Positions 24,368 through 32,000 of a DNA stretch of 32,000 nt are shown here, piece by piece. Source of the stretch: an uncultured Candidatus Saccharibacteria bacterium. Lineage in GTDB: Bacteria > Patescibacteriota > Minisyncoccia > UBA6257 > UBA11618. The stretch covers positions 150,001 to 182,000 of the forward strand of contig CAYSNH010000001.1 in NCBI GenBank assembly GCA_964432405.1, read 5' to 3'. How positions within the stretch are numbered: position 1 is the first letter of the stretch; every line of letters begins with the position of its first letter. Below the pieces are notes generated by a model, which saw only the letters and a program-made list of their open reading frames with translations, was not told the DNA's origin and ran no database searches. Both the position numbers and the translations under genes were made by a program.

Positions 24368-26458
24368 TTACACCCCTTTTAGAGAAAGACTGATCTTGCC
24401 GCGTTCTGTTTTAATGATTTTAGCTCTTACAGACTCACCTTCTTTAACAACGTCTTCTACTTTTTTAACAAAGCCGTCTTTTAACTCAGAAACATGAATC
24501 ATTCCATCAGAGTTATAGCCAAATTCAACGATCGCTCCAAATTCTAGGATCTTAACGATCTTTCCTTCAACAATCTCCCCTACTTTATAGTCATGGGTTA
24601 TATCCTCAACGATTTTTTTAGCCTCCTCTGCTGCTTCAGCGGTACCAGCAGTTATATAAATTTCACCACTTTGGTCAATATCAATACTAGTAACTCCAGT
24701 ATCTTCAACAATTTTATTGATCATCTTTCCTCCAGAGCCAACAACAGCACCGATTTTATCAGGATCTATTTTAGTAATAGTAATAGTTGGCGCGTATTTA
24801 GAGATTTCTTTACGAGGCTCTTTAATAGCTTTGTTTAGAGCATCTAATATATGAAGACGCGCTTTCTTAGCTTGTTCAAGAGTGTCTTTAATGATTTCAG
24901 AAGTTATGCCATCAACTTTTACATCTAATTGAACAGCGGTTACGCCATCTTTAGTACCAGCTACCTTAAAGTCCATGCCACCATGATGATCTTCCGGTCC
25001 CTGAATATCAGTTAAGACTTTATAGACGCCTTTTTCATTAATAGCTAGTCCCATCGCAATACCAGCTACTTGGTTTTTGATTGGTACTCCAGCATCCATT
25101 AAGGACATTGATGATGCACACACAGAAGCCATTGAAGAAGATCCATTAGAAGAAAGGATTTCTGACACTAATCGAATAGTATAAGGAAATTCTGACTGAT
25201 CAGGAATAATATTTTTCAAAGCTTTCTCTGCTAAAGCGCCATGACCAATTTCTCTTCTTCCAGGACCACGCATCCAACCGGTTTCGCCAGTGGAGTAAGG
25301 TGGAAAGTTGTAGTGAAGGAAGAAGTGCTTTTTGCCTTGAAATTCCATGCTTTCAATTTGTTGAGATTCACTTGGTGCTGCTAGAGTAGTGACCCCTAAT
25401 GATTGAGTGCTGCCTCGAGCAAACAAAGCTGAACCATGATGTCTCTCAAATAATCCAACTTCAGAGTATAGATCTCTTACCTCATCAATTTTTCTACCGT
25501 CAGGTCGTTTGTCATTTTCAACAATATTTTTGTGAAAGAGATTATTCAAAGCTTCTTCAAAAATATTACCAGCAAAAGCAACGTCCTTTTCTTCGTGATC
25601 CTCACCCTCTAACATGTCGGTCATTTCTTTATGAAGAGCAGACAAATTATCTTTACTTTTGTCTTTATCAGCTACATACATAGCTTTTTCTAACTTACCC
25701 TCTAGAAAGCTTTCCACTTTTTTAACTAGCTCAGGATCAGGTTGGCTTATTTCAACATCAGCCTTTTCTTTACCAATCTCTTTAACTACACTTTCCTGGA
25801 ATTTAATTAATTTATTGATTTCTTTCTGACCTAGATCAAAAGCTTTTTGAATTTCATCTTCTTGAACTTGCTTCCCCTCTAACTCAATCATGTTGATAGT
25901 GTTTTTAGGGCCAGTCACAACACACTCTAGATCAAATCCTTCAGCTAGTTGTGAGATGGTTGGGTTAGCCACATATTTATCACCAATCTTAGCTACACGA
26001 ATTCCACCAATAGGACCTTTCCAAGGGATGTCTGAGATAGCTAAAGCCACGGAGGTGGTAGCTAGTGCTACAAAATCCGGATCATTCTCTCCATCAAAAG
26101 ATAGGATAGTGACAATAATCTGCATATCTCGACGAATGTTGTTATCAAATAAAGGACGAATGGTTCTATCAATCATTCGGCCAGTCAAAGTAGCTTCATC
26201 AGAAGACTTTCCTTCTCTACGCATGTAGCGACTACCAAGAATCTTACCGGTAGCATAAAACTTCTCTTCATAATCAACGACTAATGGCATGTAGTTGATA
26301 TCTTTATCTCGATTACTCATTACCGCTGTTACCAAAACAGTGGTTCCACCATACTTACCAATCACTGCTGCATTAGCTTGCTCGGCTAGCCGAGATACTT
26401 CAAAAGTTAGGGGCTTACCCGCTACATCAATGGAAAATTGCTTTCTGTTTAATTTCAT
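24368..26458 (-). CDS. pnp: Polyribonucleotide nucleotidyltransferase (PNPase)
   Basis: 696 aa. Two RNase PH domains, a KH domain (IGAVVGSGGKMINKI) and a C-terminal S1 domain (VGEIVEGKIVKILEFGAIVEF). Confidence 0.97.
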   Translation of the reverse strand: MKLNRKQFSIDVAGKPLTFEVSRLAEQANAAVIGKYGGTTVLVTAVMSNRDKDINYMPLVVDYEEKFYATGKILGSRYMRREGKSSDEATLTGRMIDRTIRPLFDNNIRRDMQIIVTILSFDGENDPDFVALATTSVALAISDIPWKGPIGGIRVAKIGDKYVANPTISQLAEGFDLECVVTGPKNTINMIELEGKQVQEDEIQKAFDLGQKEINKLIKFQESVVKEIGKEKADVEISQPDPELVKKVESFLEGKLEKAMYVADKDKSKDNLSALHKEMTDMLEGEDHEEKDVAFAGNIFEEALNNLFHKNIVENDKRPDGRKIDEVRDLYSEVGLFERHHGSALFARGSTQSLGVTTLAAPSESQQIESMEFQGKKHFFLHYNFPPYSTGETGWMRGPGRREIGHGALAEKALKNIIPDQSEFPYTIRLVSEILSSNGSSSMASVCASSMSLMDAGVPIKNQVAGIAMGLAINEKGVYKVLTDIQGPEDHHGGMDFKVAGTKDGVTAVQLDVKVDGITSEIIKDTLEQAKKARLHILDALNKAIKEPRKEISKYAPTITITKIDPDKIGAVVGSGGKMINKIVEDTGVTSIDIDQSGEIYITAGTAEAAEEAKKIVEDITHDYKVGEIVEGKIVKILEFGAIVEFGYNSDGMIHVSELKDGFVKKVEDVVKEGESVRAKIIKTERGKISLSLKGV

Positions 26459-26459
26459 C

Positions 26460-27002
26460 TTACTTTTTATTTGTTCTAGTTTTAGTTATTCTACCAATCT
26501 TCTTTTTCAAAATCATTTTAGGATTATTGTCTAAATCAATAAACTCCTCAGCCGCCTCCTTTAAACGACCAGAGGAGCTTCTACCAAACGCAGCCACTTC
26601 AACTCCTTTGCCTAATCCCCATTTGAGATAATCAACTAAAGGAACAAAATCACCATCTCCAGTCACCAGGACGATTACATCCAGAGAATCAGCCATTCTA
26701 ACAGCATCGACAGCCATACCAACATCCCAGTCGGCTTTTTTCATGCCACCAGGAAAGATTTGAATGTCTTTCATTCTTAATTCAATGCCACTTTTTTCTA
26801 AGGCATCAAAAAAAGAAGATTCACCGACAGTACTTTCTGTCTTGACTACATACCCGATTGATCTAATTAATCTTCGGCCAGCAACCAACTCTTTCATTAG
26901 CTCTTTATAGTTAACACGAGCCTGAAAAAGATTTTTAGATGAGTGGTATAAATTTTGAATATCAATAAAAATACCCACTCTCTGCTCTTTGTTTTTAATC
27001 AT
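26460..27002 (-). CDS. NYN-domain (LabA-like) predicted ribonuclease
   Basis: 180 aa. Acidic motifs VGIFIDIQNL, ADWDVGMAVDA and VLVTGDGDFVPLV match the NYN/LabA pattern. Confidence 0.8.
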   Translation of the reverse strand: MIKNKEQRVGIFIDIQNLYHSSKNLFQARVNYKELMKELVAGRRLIRSIGYVVKTESTVGESSFFDALEKSGIELRMKDIQIFPGGMKKADWDVGMAVDAVRMADSLDVIVLVTGDGDFVPLVDYLKWGLGKGVEVAAFGRSSSGRLKEAAEEFIDLDNNPKMILKKKIGRITKTRTNKK

Positions 27003-27004
27003 TA

Positions 27005-27265
27005 TTATAAACCTAACTTCTTCACTAGAGAGCTGTGAGTTTTGCTATCTGTTCTTGCTAGATAGCGGAGTAAACGACGACGTTTACCAACCATTTTTAA
27101 CAAACCTCTTCGAGAGTGAACGTCTTTAGGATGTTTTTTCAAATGAGATACTAATTCTTCGATTTGTTTAGTTAATAAGCTAATTTGAATTTTAGCTGAA
27201 CCAGTATCACTTTCATGAGCACCGTGTTCTTTTATAATATTTTTCTTTTTACGTGGTGTAAGCAT
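27005..27265 (-). CDS. rpsO: 30S ribosomal protein S15
   Basis: 86 aa. Conserved stretches [50 protein letters not shown]. Confidence 0.95.
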   Translation of the reverse strand: MLTPRKKKNIIKEHGAHESDTGSAKIQISLLTKQIEELVSHLKKHPKDVHSRRGLLKMVGKRRRLLRYLARTDSKTHSSLVKKLGL

Positions 27266-27269
27266 TTTT

Positions 27270-28364
27270 TTATTTTTTTAATTTAAGAAAAATTCTTTTC
27301 TCTTCAGGTTTTATTAATTCAATAGTGAAATTATATTCTTCGTCGACTTTTAATTGATTTTTCATTTCTTCAACTCCTCCAAATTCAGAAACATGAATAA
27401 GTCCCTGAATATTTTGGTCTAAGCTAATAAAGGCGCCAAATGGATTAAAGCGGTTAACCTTACCACTCACATCCTGACCTACCTCATAAGTCTTTTCTAC
27501 TTCATCCCAAGGATTTTCTTTTAGAGCCTTGAGAGAAAGAGATACACGACCATCTTTAATCTCAACAATCTTTGCCTTTACTAAATCATTAATCTTGATA
27601 ATCTCTTTTGGATTTTCAATTAAGCGGTGATCAAGCTCAGAAATATGTATCAATCCCTCAATATCTGGATCATTAGCAAACTTCATGAAAACTCCGAAGT
27701 CAGCTACACCGGTAATAATGCCATCGATGACATCCCCTTCTTTATAGCTTACTAACTTCGCTTTTATATTTTCTGTTGTAAGGGCTTTTTCAGAGATGAT
27801 CAGCTTGTTAGCTCTAGAATTAACATCAATCACCTTAACTTTTAAGGTCTCACCAACAAGCTTCTCTAGCTCTTCTTGAATTTTTGATCGATCACCATCA
27901 TTAATCTGAGGATAGTTATCGACACTTAATTGAGAAACTGGCAAAAAGGCCTTTAAATTATTAATATCTCCTACCAATCCACCAGAGTTAGCCATATTCA
28001 TTTTTATCTCAATAGTTTCTTCACTATCTTTAAGCTCTTTCATCTCCTCCCAGGCTTTTTGCTTGTGAGTTTCTTTAAGAGATAGCTCAGCATAGCCTTC
28101 ATCGTTCTCTACTTCTATGACCTTGGCTAAAGTAGTACCTCCTTTAGAGAGCTCTTTGATAGTGTCTTGGGCGTTAATAAGCTCTAGACCATAGATGATT
28201 CCAGTGCCACGACGACCAAGGTCAAAAAAAGCGGCCTTATTAGTTTTGCCAATATAAGTTGCTTCTACCAACTCATTTTGTTTCAAAACAGCAATAGCTG
28301 CCGGGTCATTTTTTAAAATGTTAGCCAGTGGAGACCTGGCTTTTTTAGAAATATTAATTGACAT
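27270..28364 (-). CDS. Multi-S1-domain RNA-binding protein (ribosomal protein S1-like)
   Basis: Four S1-like repeats, for example [20 protein letters not shown] and [20 protein letters not shown]. The track start at 28415 is a TTG lying inside the predicted -35 box. ATG 28364 (MSINISKK...) is preferred, giving 364 aa. Confidence 0.8.
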   Translation of the reverse strand: MSINISKKARSPLANILKNDPAAIAVLKQNELVEATYIGKTNKAAFFDLGRRGTGIIYGLELINAQDTIKELSKGGTTLAKVIEVENDEGYAELSLKETHKQKAWEEMKELKDSEETIEIKMNMANSGGLVGDINNLKAFLPVSQLSVDNYPQINDGDRSKIQEELEKLVGETLKVKVIDVNSRANKLIISEKALTTENIKAKLVSYKEGDVIDGIITGVADFGVFMKFANDPDIEGLIHISELDHRLIENPKEIIKINDLVKAKIVEIKDGRVSLSLKALKENPWDEVEKTYEVGQDVSGKVNRFNPFGAFISLDQNIQGLIHVSEFGGVEEMKNQLKVDEEYNFTIELIKPEEKRIFLKLKK

Positions 28365-28386
28365 AATAATCAGAAAATATATCAAA

Positions 28387-28415
28387 ACTATAGTGGTTTT
28401 ATTTAAAAAAAGCAA
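28387..28415 (-). promoter_or_regulatory. Candidate promoter of the S1-rpsO-NYN-pnp operon: TTGCTT-N17-TATAGT
   Basis: The -35 is at 28415..28410 and the -10 at 28392..28387 on the reverse strand. Confidence 0.45.
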
Positions 28416-28430
28416 GCTTTATTTAATAAG

Positions 28431-28457
28431 ATAAAAGAAAAGACCCGTTTCCGGGTC
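28431..28457 (-). terminator. Intrinsic terminator of the GC-rich mini-gene
   Basis: Reverse strand reads GACCCG-GAAA-CGGGTC followed by TTTTCTTTTATC. This is a GC-rich stem with a GNRA tetraloop and a T-run. Confidence 0.8.
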
Positions 28458-28463
28458 CTTGAA

Positions 28464-28652
28464 TTAATAATCTTCAGTATGACCAATAGCGCTTGAGGGC
28501 ATGCTAAGGGTTGGGATTATGGGCACAACCCAAGGTTTTGTGCCTTGATCAACGCACGCTCTTCGAGCCTCTTCTCTAGCTGTCCAACTGGCCCTAATTT
28601 TTAAGCATGCAGCGTGAATTTCTTCTGGTGTTGGTGATGGCCTCTCTGTCAT
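28464..28652 (-). CDS. 62-aa orphan protein in a second compositionally foreign segment
   Basis: Sequence MTERPSPTPEEIHAACLKIRASWTAREEARRACVDQGTKPWVVPIIPTLSMPSSAIGHTEDY. The SD AAAGGA (28665..28660) lies 7 nt upstream of ATG 28652. The 28-aa N-terminal extension in the track runs through the predicted promoter, so I discard it. Confidence 0.55.
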   Translation of the reverse strand: MTERPSPTPEEIHAACLKIRASWTAREEARRACVDQGTKPWVVPIIPTLSMPSSAIGHTEDY

Positions 28653-28707
28653 TTGCGAATCCTTTCTTTTTAAAGTTCTATAATCTCTCAAAGAGACGTG
28701 TTCATAT

Positions 28708-28736
28708 ATAATAGAACAAAACAATGAAAAAAGCAA
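28708..28736 (-). promoter_or_regulatory. Candidate promoter of the mini-gene: TTGCTT-N17-TATTAT
   Basis: The -35 is at 28736..28731 and the -10 at 28713..28708 on the reverse strand. This leaves a leader of about 50 nt that contains the SD. Confidence 0.45.
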
Positions 28737-28764
28737 CTTGTTTTACATCAAAAAAAGTGCTAGA

Positions 28765-29274
28765 ATGAAGCATAAATTAATTATGATTATTAACTCTCTT
28801 GGTGAAGGAGGGGTTAGAATTCAAACCTCTGGAACTACAATTATAATCGAACCCTATAAAGACAAGATTCCCGCTCGTGTTAAAGCGGATATCTTTATTA
28901 AAACCACTTCAAACGAAGATAAGGTGGTTGCTGATCACATTATTAAGGGTCCTGGCGAGTATGAAATCAAAGAGGTGGAGATTGTTGGCTTCCATCCTTT
29001 CATTTATCGTCTTAAAGCTGAAAATCTTTCTCTTGGATTTTTGGGCATGCATAGTTCTGAGGATTTAACCGATATCGATATTTTATTTGTCGATGGTGAT
29101 AGTGAGAAAGCTAAGATTATTAGGCAAATAGAACCAAAGATGGTGGTAGTGGTTAGTGGCAAGGCTGAGGAGATTGGTAAAGAGTTAGGTCTGAAGGCTA
29201 ATAAGCAGGAGAAGATTACTTTAAAAAAGAAAGATTTAGCTAATCAAGACATGCAGCTTGTTCAATTGAAATGA
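28765..29274 (+). CDS. Degenerate metallo-beta-lactamase-fold-like protein (metal-binding His motif not evident)
   Basis: The layout (...IIIEPYKD...ADIFIKTTSNED...GPGEYEIKEVEIVGF...LGFLGMHS...DILFVDGD...IEPKMVVVVSG) parallels small MBL-fold hydrolases, but HxHxDH is replaced by TTSNED. The start is uncertain: the track TTG at 28738, or ATG at 28765 or 28783. Confidence 0.4.
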   Translation: MKHKLIMIINSLGEGGVRIQTSGTTIIIEPYKDKIPARVKADIFIKTTSNEDKVVADHIIKGPGEYEIKEVEIVGFHPFIYRLKAENLSLGFLGMHSSEDLTDIDILFVDGDSEKAKIIRQIEPKMVVVVSGKAEEIGKELGLKANKQEKITLKKKDLANQDMQLVQLK

Positions 29275-29639
29275 GTAAAGATATAAAAAGTTTTATTTCT
29301 AGGATTCAAGAGTCCGATGAGAATACTAAAAAAAAGTGGCTAATTATCCTATCTAGTATTAGCTCGGTTATTGTCATTGGTCTTTGGGCGGTGTATCTTA
29401 ACTTTACCACCGCTAGTATAACTGCGGTTAATCCGATGCAAGAAAAAAAACCAGGATTTTTTAAAGTTTTCTTTGCCGGCGCATCAGTAGTTGGTGATAA
29501 GGCAACAACAGGATTAGCTAACAGTTATGTTTATTTCAGTGACAAGACCAAGTCTGAAAATAAGTTTTCAATTAACAAGGACGAACACAATTTTATTTAT
29601 AAAGAGATAAAACCATTACCTAATAGACAGCTACCATAA
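29271..29639 (+). CDS. Small bitopic membrane protein
   Basis: 122 aa. TM helix [25 protein letters not shown] overlap with the upstream gene. Confidence 0.5.
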   Translation: MSKDIKSFISRIQESDENTKKKWLIILSSISSVIVIGLWAVYLNFTTASITAVNPMQEKKPGFFKVFFAGASVVGDKATTGLANSYVYFSDKTKSENKFSINKDEHNFIYKEIKPLPNRQLP

Positions 29640-29640
29640 T

Positions 29641-32000
29641 ATGGCTAAGGAAAAAGAAATAAAAAAATCAAAAATAGAAGATATAGAAATTACCGAAGAA
29701 TTACGTGAGTCATACCTAGACTACGCGATGTCGGTTATCGTCTCTCGAGCTCTGCCAGATGTGCGTGATGGTCTTAAGCCAGTACAGCGACGCATTCTTT
29801 GGGCTATGTGGGATAGTGGTTTGAATCCAGGTGCTAAGTTGAGAAAATCAGCTAATGTTGTTGGTGAGGTTTTAGGGCGTTACCACCCTCATGGTGATAA
29901 TGCGGTATATGATGCGATGGCTAGAATGGTACAAGACTTCTCTCTTCGCTACCCTCTTATAACTGGACAAGGTAACTGGGGTTCTATTGAAGGAGATTCT
30001 CAAGCTGCTATGCGTTATACGGAGTGTAAGATGGCTAGAGTTTCTGAAGAGCTCTTGTTTGATGTTGAAAAAGAGACTGTTGATTGGCAAGAGAACTATG
30101 ACGCTAGTCGAAAAGAGCCCGTTTGTTTACCAGCCAGACTACCCCACCTTCTGTTAAACGGTGCTATGGGTATTGCTGTTGGTATGGCTACCAACATTCC
30201 ACCTCACAGCTTAGATGAGGTAGCGGATGCAGTCATTCATTTAATTGATAAGCCAAAAGCTACTGGTGAAGACTTAATGAGCTTTATTAAAGGGCCCGAT
30301 TTCCCAACCGGTGGAATTATTTATGATAAAAAAGCTATTACCGCCGCCTATCTTTCTGGTCGAGGTGGTATTACTTGTAGGGCTAAGACTGAAATTAAAG
30401 AAGACCGTATTGAAATTACAGAGGTCCCTTATCAAGTTAATGTTTCTGACTTGCTTGTTAAGATTGCTAATTTGGTAATGGAAAAAAAGATTGATGGTAT
30501 TAGAGATGTTCGTAATGAATCAGATAAAGATGGCTTGAGTATTGTGATTGAACTCAAGAAAGACACTATCCCCCAAAGAGTTCTAAATCAATTATTCAAA
30601 TTTACTGAACTACAAAAAGATTTTCATCTTAATATGATTGCCTTGGCTAATGGTTTGCAGCCACAAGTCATGTCAGTGATCGATATTCTTAAATATTACT
30701 TAGAACATCGCCAAATTGTTATTCGAAGGCGTACAGAGTTTGATCTTCGTAAGGCTAAAGAAAGAGCTCATATTCTAGAAGGGCTTTCCAAGGCTTTGTC
30801 AGTGATTGATAAGGTTATTGCTACGATCAAAAAATCTAAAAATAGAGATGATGCTCGTAAGAATTTAATTACCAAGTTTAAATTCTCCGAGATTCAGGCT
30901 AATGCAATTCTAGATATGAGATTGCAGAGTTTAGCTGCTCTTGAGAATAAAAAAATTAATGACGAGCTTAAAGAAAAGAAAGCGATCATTAAAGAATTAG
31001 AGCTTATCTTAAAAGATCCTAAAAAAATTCTTAAAATTATTAAAGATGACTTAAAGAGTCTTAAGGCTAAATATGGTGGCGAGCGAAGAACTCGAGTTGT
31101 TGCCACGGGCCTAAAGTCTTTAGGCGATGCCGACCTTATTAAGTCTGAAGAAACTATTATTACCCGCTCAAGAGGTAGTTATATTAAAAGAGTTTCTCCA
31201 ACTGCATATAAATCTCAACATCGAGGTGGTAAAGGGCTAATTGGCTCAGATGTTGCAGAAGAAGATTTCATTGAGCATCTCCTTATCGCTAATACTCATG
31301 ACAACATACTCTTCTTTACAGACAAAGGGCGCGTTTTCCAAACCAAGGTTTGGGAGATTCCTTCTTCAAGTAGAACTGCTAAAGGAAAATTAATTCAAAA
31401 CTTCTTAGAAATCCCTCCTACAGAAAAAGTTAGTGCCATGGTTACCTATCAAGATAAGTCTGATGGTTACTTAATCATGGCTACCAAAAAAGGAGTCATC
31501 AAAAAAACCTCTCTAAAAGATTTTGATAAGGTGAGGCGGACCGGAATCATTGCCATCTCTCTAAAGAAAGATGATCTCTTGAGTTGGGTTAGACTGTCTT
31601 CTGGTAAAGACAATGTTATTTTAACCACTCGACAAGGTCAGGCTATTCGCTTTAAAGAATCTCAAGTCAGAGCTATGGGTAGAACTGCCGCTGGAGTAGC
31701 CGCTCTTCGTCTCAAGGAGGATGATGAAGTTAGTTCACTTAATATTATTAATGACGAACACATTAAGAAGGCTAAATTATTGGTGGTAATGGATAGGGGG
31801 TATGGTAAGCAAACGAGTATTGCACAGTATAAGATTCAGAAACGTGGCGGTCTTGGTATAAAAACTGCTAGAATAACTAGTAAGACCGGCCAATTGATTT
31901 CAGCTCACTTAATCAATGGTGAAGAAGACCTCTTCGTCTTGTCTGCAAAGGGTCAGATGATTAGAACAAAGATTAGTTCTGTTCGTTCTGCTAGTCGTGC
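29641..32000 (+). CDS. gyrA: DNA gyrase subunit A (continues past the right edge)
   Basis: Not in the track because it is truncated. My translation from ATG 29641 reads [60 protein letters not shown]...[53 protein letters not shown], which includes the active-site Tyr region. Confidence 0.95.
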   Translation, partial: MAKEKEIKKSKIEDIEITEELRESYLDYAMSVIVSRALPDVRDGLKPVQRRILWAMWDSGLNPGAKLRKSANVVGEVLGRYHPHGDNAVYDAMARMVQDFSLRYPLITGQGNWGSIEGDSQAAMRYTECKMARVSEELLFDVEKETVDWQENYDASRKEPVCLPARLPHLLLNGAMGIAVGMATNIPPHSLDEVADAVIHLIDKPKATGEDLMSFIKGPDFPTGGIIYDKKAITAAYLSGRGGITCRAKTEIKEDRIEITEVPYQVNVSDLLVKIANLVMEKKIDGIRDVRNESDKDGLSIVIELKKDTIPQRVLNQLFKFTELQKDFHLNMIALANGLQPQVMSVIDILKYYLEHRQIVIRRRTEFDLRKAKERAHILEGLSKALSVIDKVIATIKKSKNRDDARKNLITKFKFSEIQANAILDMRLQSLAALENKKINDELKEKKAIIKELELILKDPKKILKIIKDDLKSLKAKYGGERRTRVVATGLKSLGDADLIKSEETIITRSRGSYIKRVSPTAYKSQHRGGKGLIGSDVAEEDFIEHLLIANTHDNILFFTDKGRVFQTKVWEIPSSSRTAKGKLIQNFLEIPPTEKVSAMVTYQDKSDGYLIMATKKGVIKKTSLKDFDKVRRTGIIAISLKKDDLLSWVRLSSGKDNVILTTRQGQAIRFKESQVRAMGRTAAGVAALRLKEDDEVSSLNIINDEHIKKAKLLVVMDRGYGKQTSIAQYKIQKRGGLGIKTARITSKTGQLISAHLINGEEDLFVLSAKGQMIRTKISSVRSASR

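Noticed and set aside
24593-26534. Plus-strand ORFs inside pnp (24593..24838, 25399..25683, 25890..26228, 26295..26534). The same applies to the antisense ORFs inside gyrA (29872..30090, 30894..31106), topA (21778..22047), dnaA (951..1145), the VirB4 ORF (7605..7820, 8334..8519) and the VirB6-like ORF (11180..11395, 12266..12619).
   Set aside because: All are antisense to well-supported conserved coding sequences, give low-complexity translations and have no independent signals.
28365-28415. TTG start at 28415 for the S1-domain protein, and TTG start at 28738 for the MBL-like protein
   Set aside because: Both are non-ATG starts chosen only because they are the first in-frame candidates. The 28415 TTG lies within the predicted -35 hexamer and adds a hydrophobic peptide that does not resemble S1. 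Downstream ATGs are more plausible.
28653-28736. 28-aa N-terminal extension of the mini-ORF (track start 28736)
   Set aside because: The extension is AT-rich, unlike the rest of the ORF, and runs through the predicted -35/-10 and the SD. The ATG at 28652 with AAAGGA 7 nt upstream is a far better start.
1-32000. Alternative genetic code (UGA as a sense codon, as in Gracilibacteria/Absconditabacteria)
   Set aside because: All conserved genes translate at full length under the standard code. TGA clearly terminates genes in the ATGA overlaps at 6209..6212 and 29271..29274.
1-32000. CRISPR arrays, rRNA genes, IS elements or prophage blocks
   Set aside because: No spaced direct repeats were seen, no non-coding gap exceeds about 265 bp, and no ORF resembles a transposase, integrase, capsid or terminase protein.

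Overview
AT-rich bacterial chromosome segment (sampled 60-nt lines run about 28-35% G+C) covering the replication-origin neighbourhood and using the standard genetic code. TGA is a genuine stop, seen in the ATGA overlaps at 6209..6212 and 29271..29274. Gene order: dnaN< dnaA< | >rpmH >rnpA >yidC >jag. Next comes a tightly packed 11-ORF minus-strand type-IV-secretion-like operon (3767..14962). After that come rsmA, a UvrD/PcrA-type helicase, a LysM-M23 peptidase, a GC-rich orphan gene, tRNA-Ile(GAU), a PilO-like gene, dprA, topA, an S1 / rpsO / NYN / pnp operon, a second GC-rich mini-gene, and gyrA running off the right edge. dnaN (left edge) and gyrA (right edge) are absent from the ORF track because they are truncated; I translated them by eye. 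Shortened housekeeping genes, a T4SS-pilin-type domain and scarce Shine-Dalgarno motifs suggest a reduced-genome Patescibacteria/CPR-like organism, but this is inference only. No rRNA, CRISPR array, transposase, integrase or relaxase was seen. Main points of interest: (1) the relaxase-less T4SS-like operon has six partners I cannot assign to any family, a VirB4 split by one in-frame TAA, and a pilin domain fused to an annexin-like ectodomain. (2) Two self-contained cassettes of about 47-50% G+C (18571..19740 and 28431..28736) each carry their own promoter, SD and GNRA-loop terminator and encode proteins I cannot place. (3) Many native transcription units have a -10 hexamer only 6-8 nt from the ATG, suggesting leaderless mRNAs, in contrast to the SD-bearing GC-rich cassettes. 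(4) A NYN nuclease gene sits inside the conserved rpsO-pnp operon.
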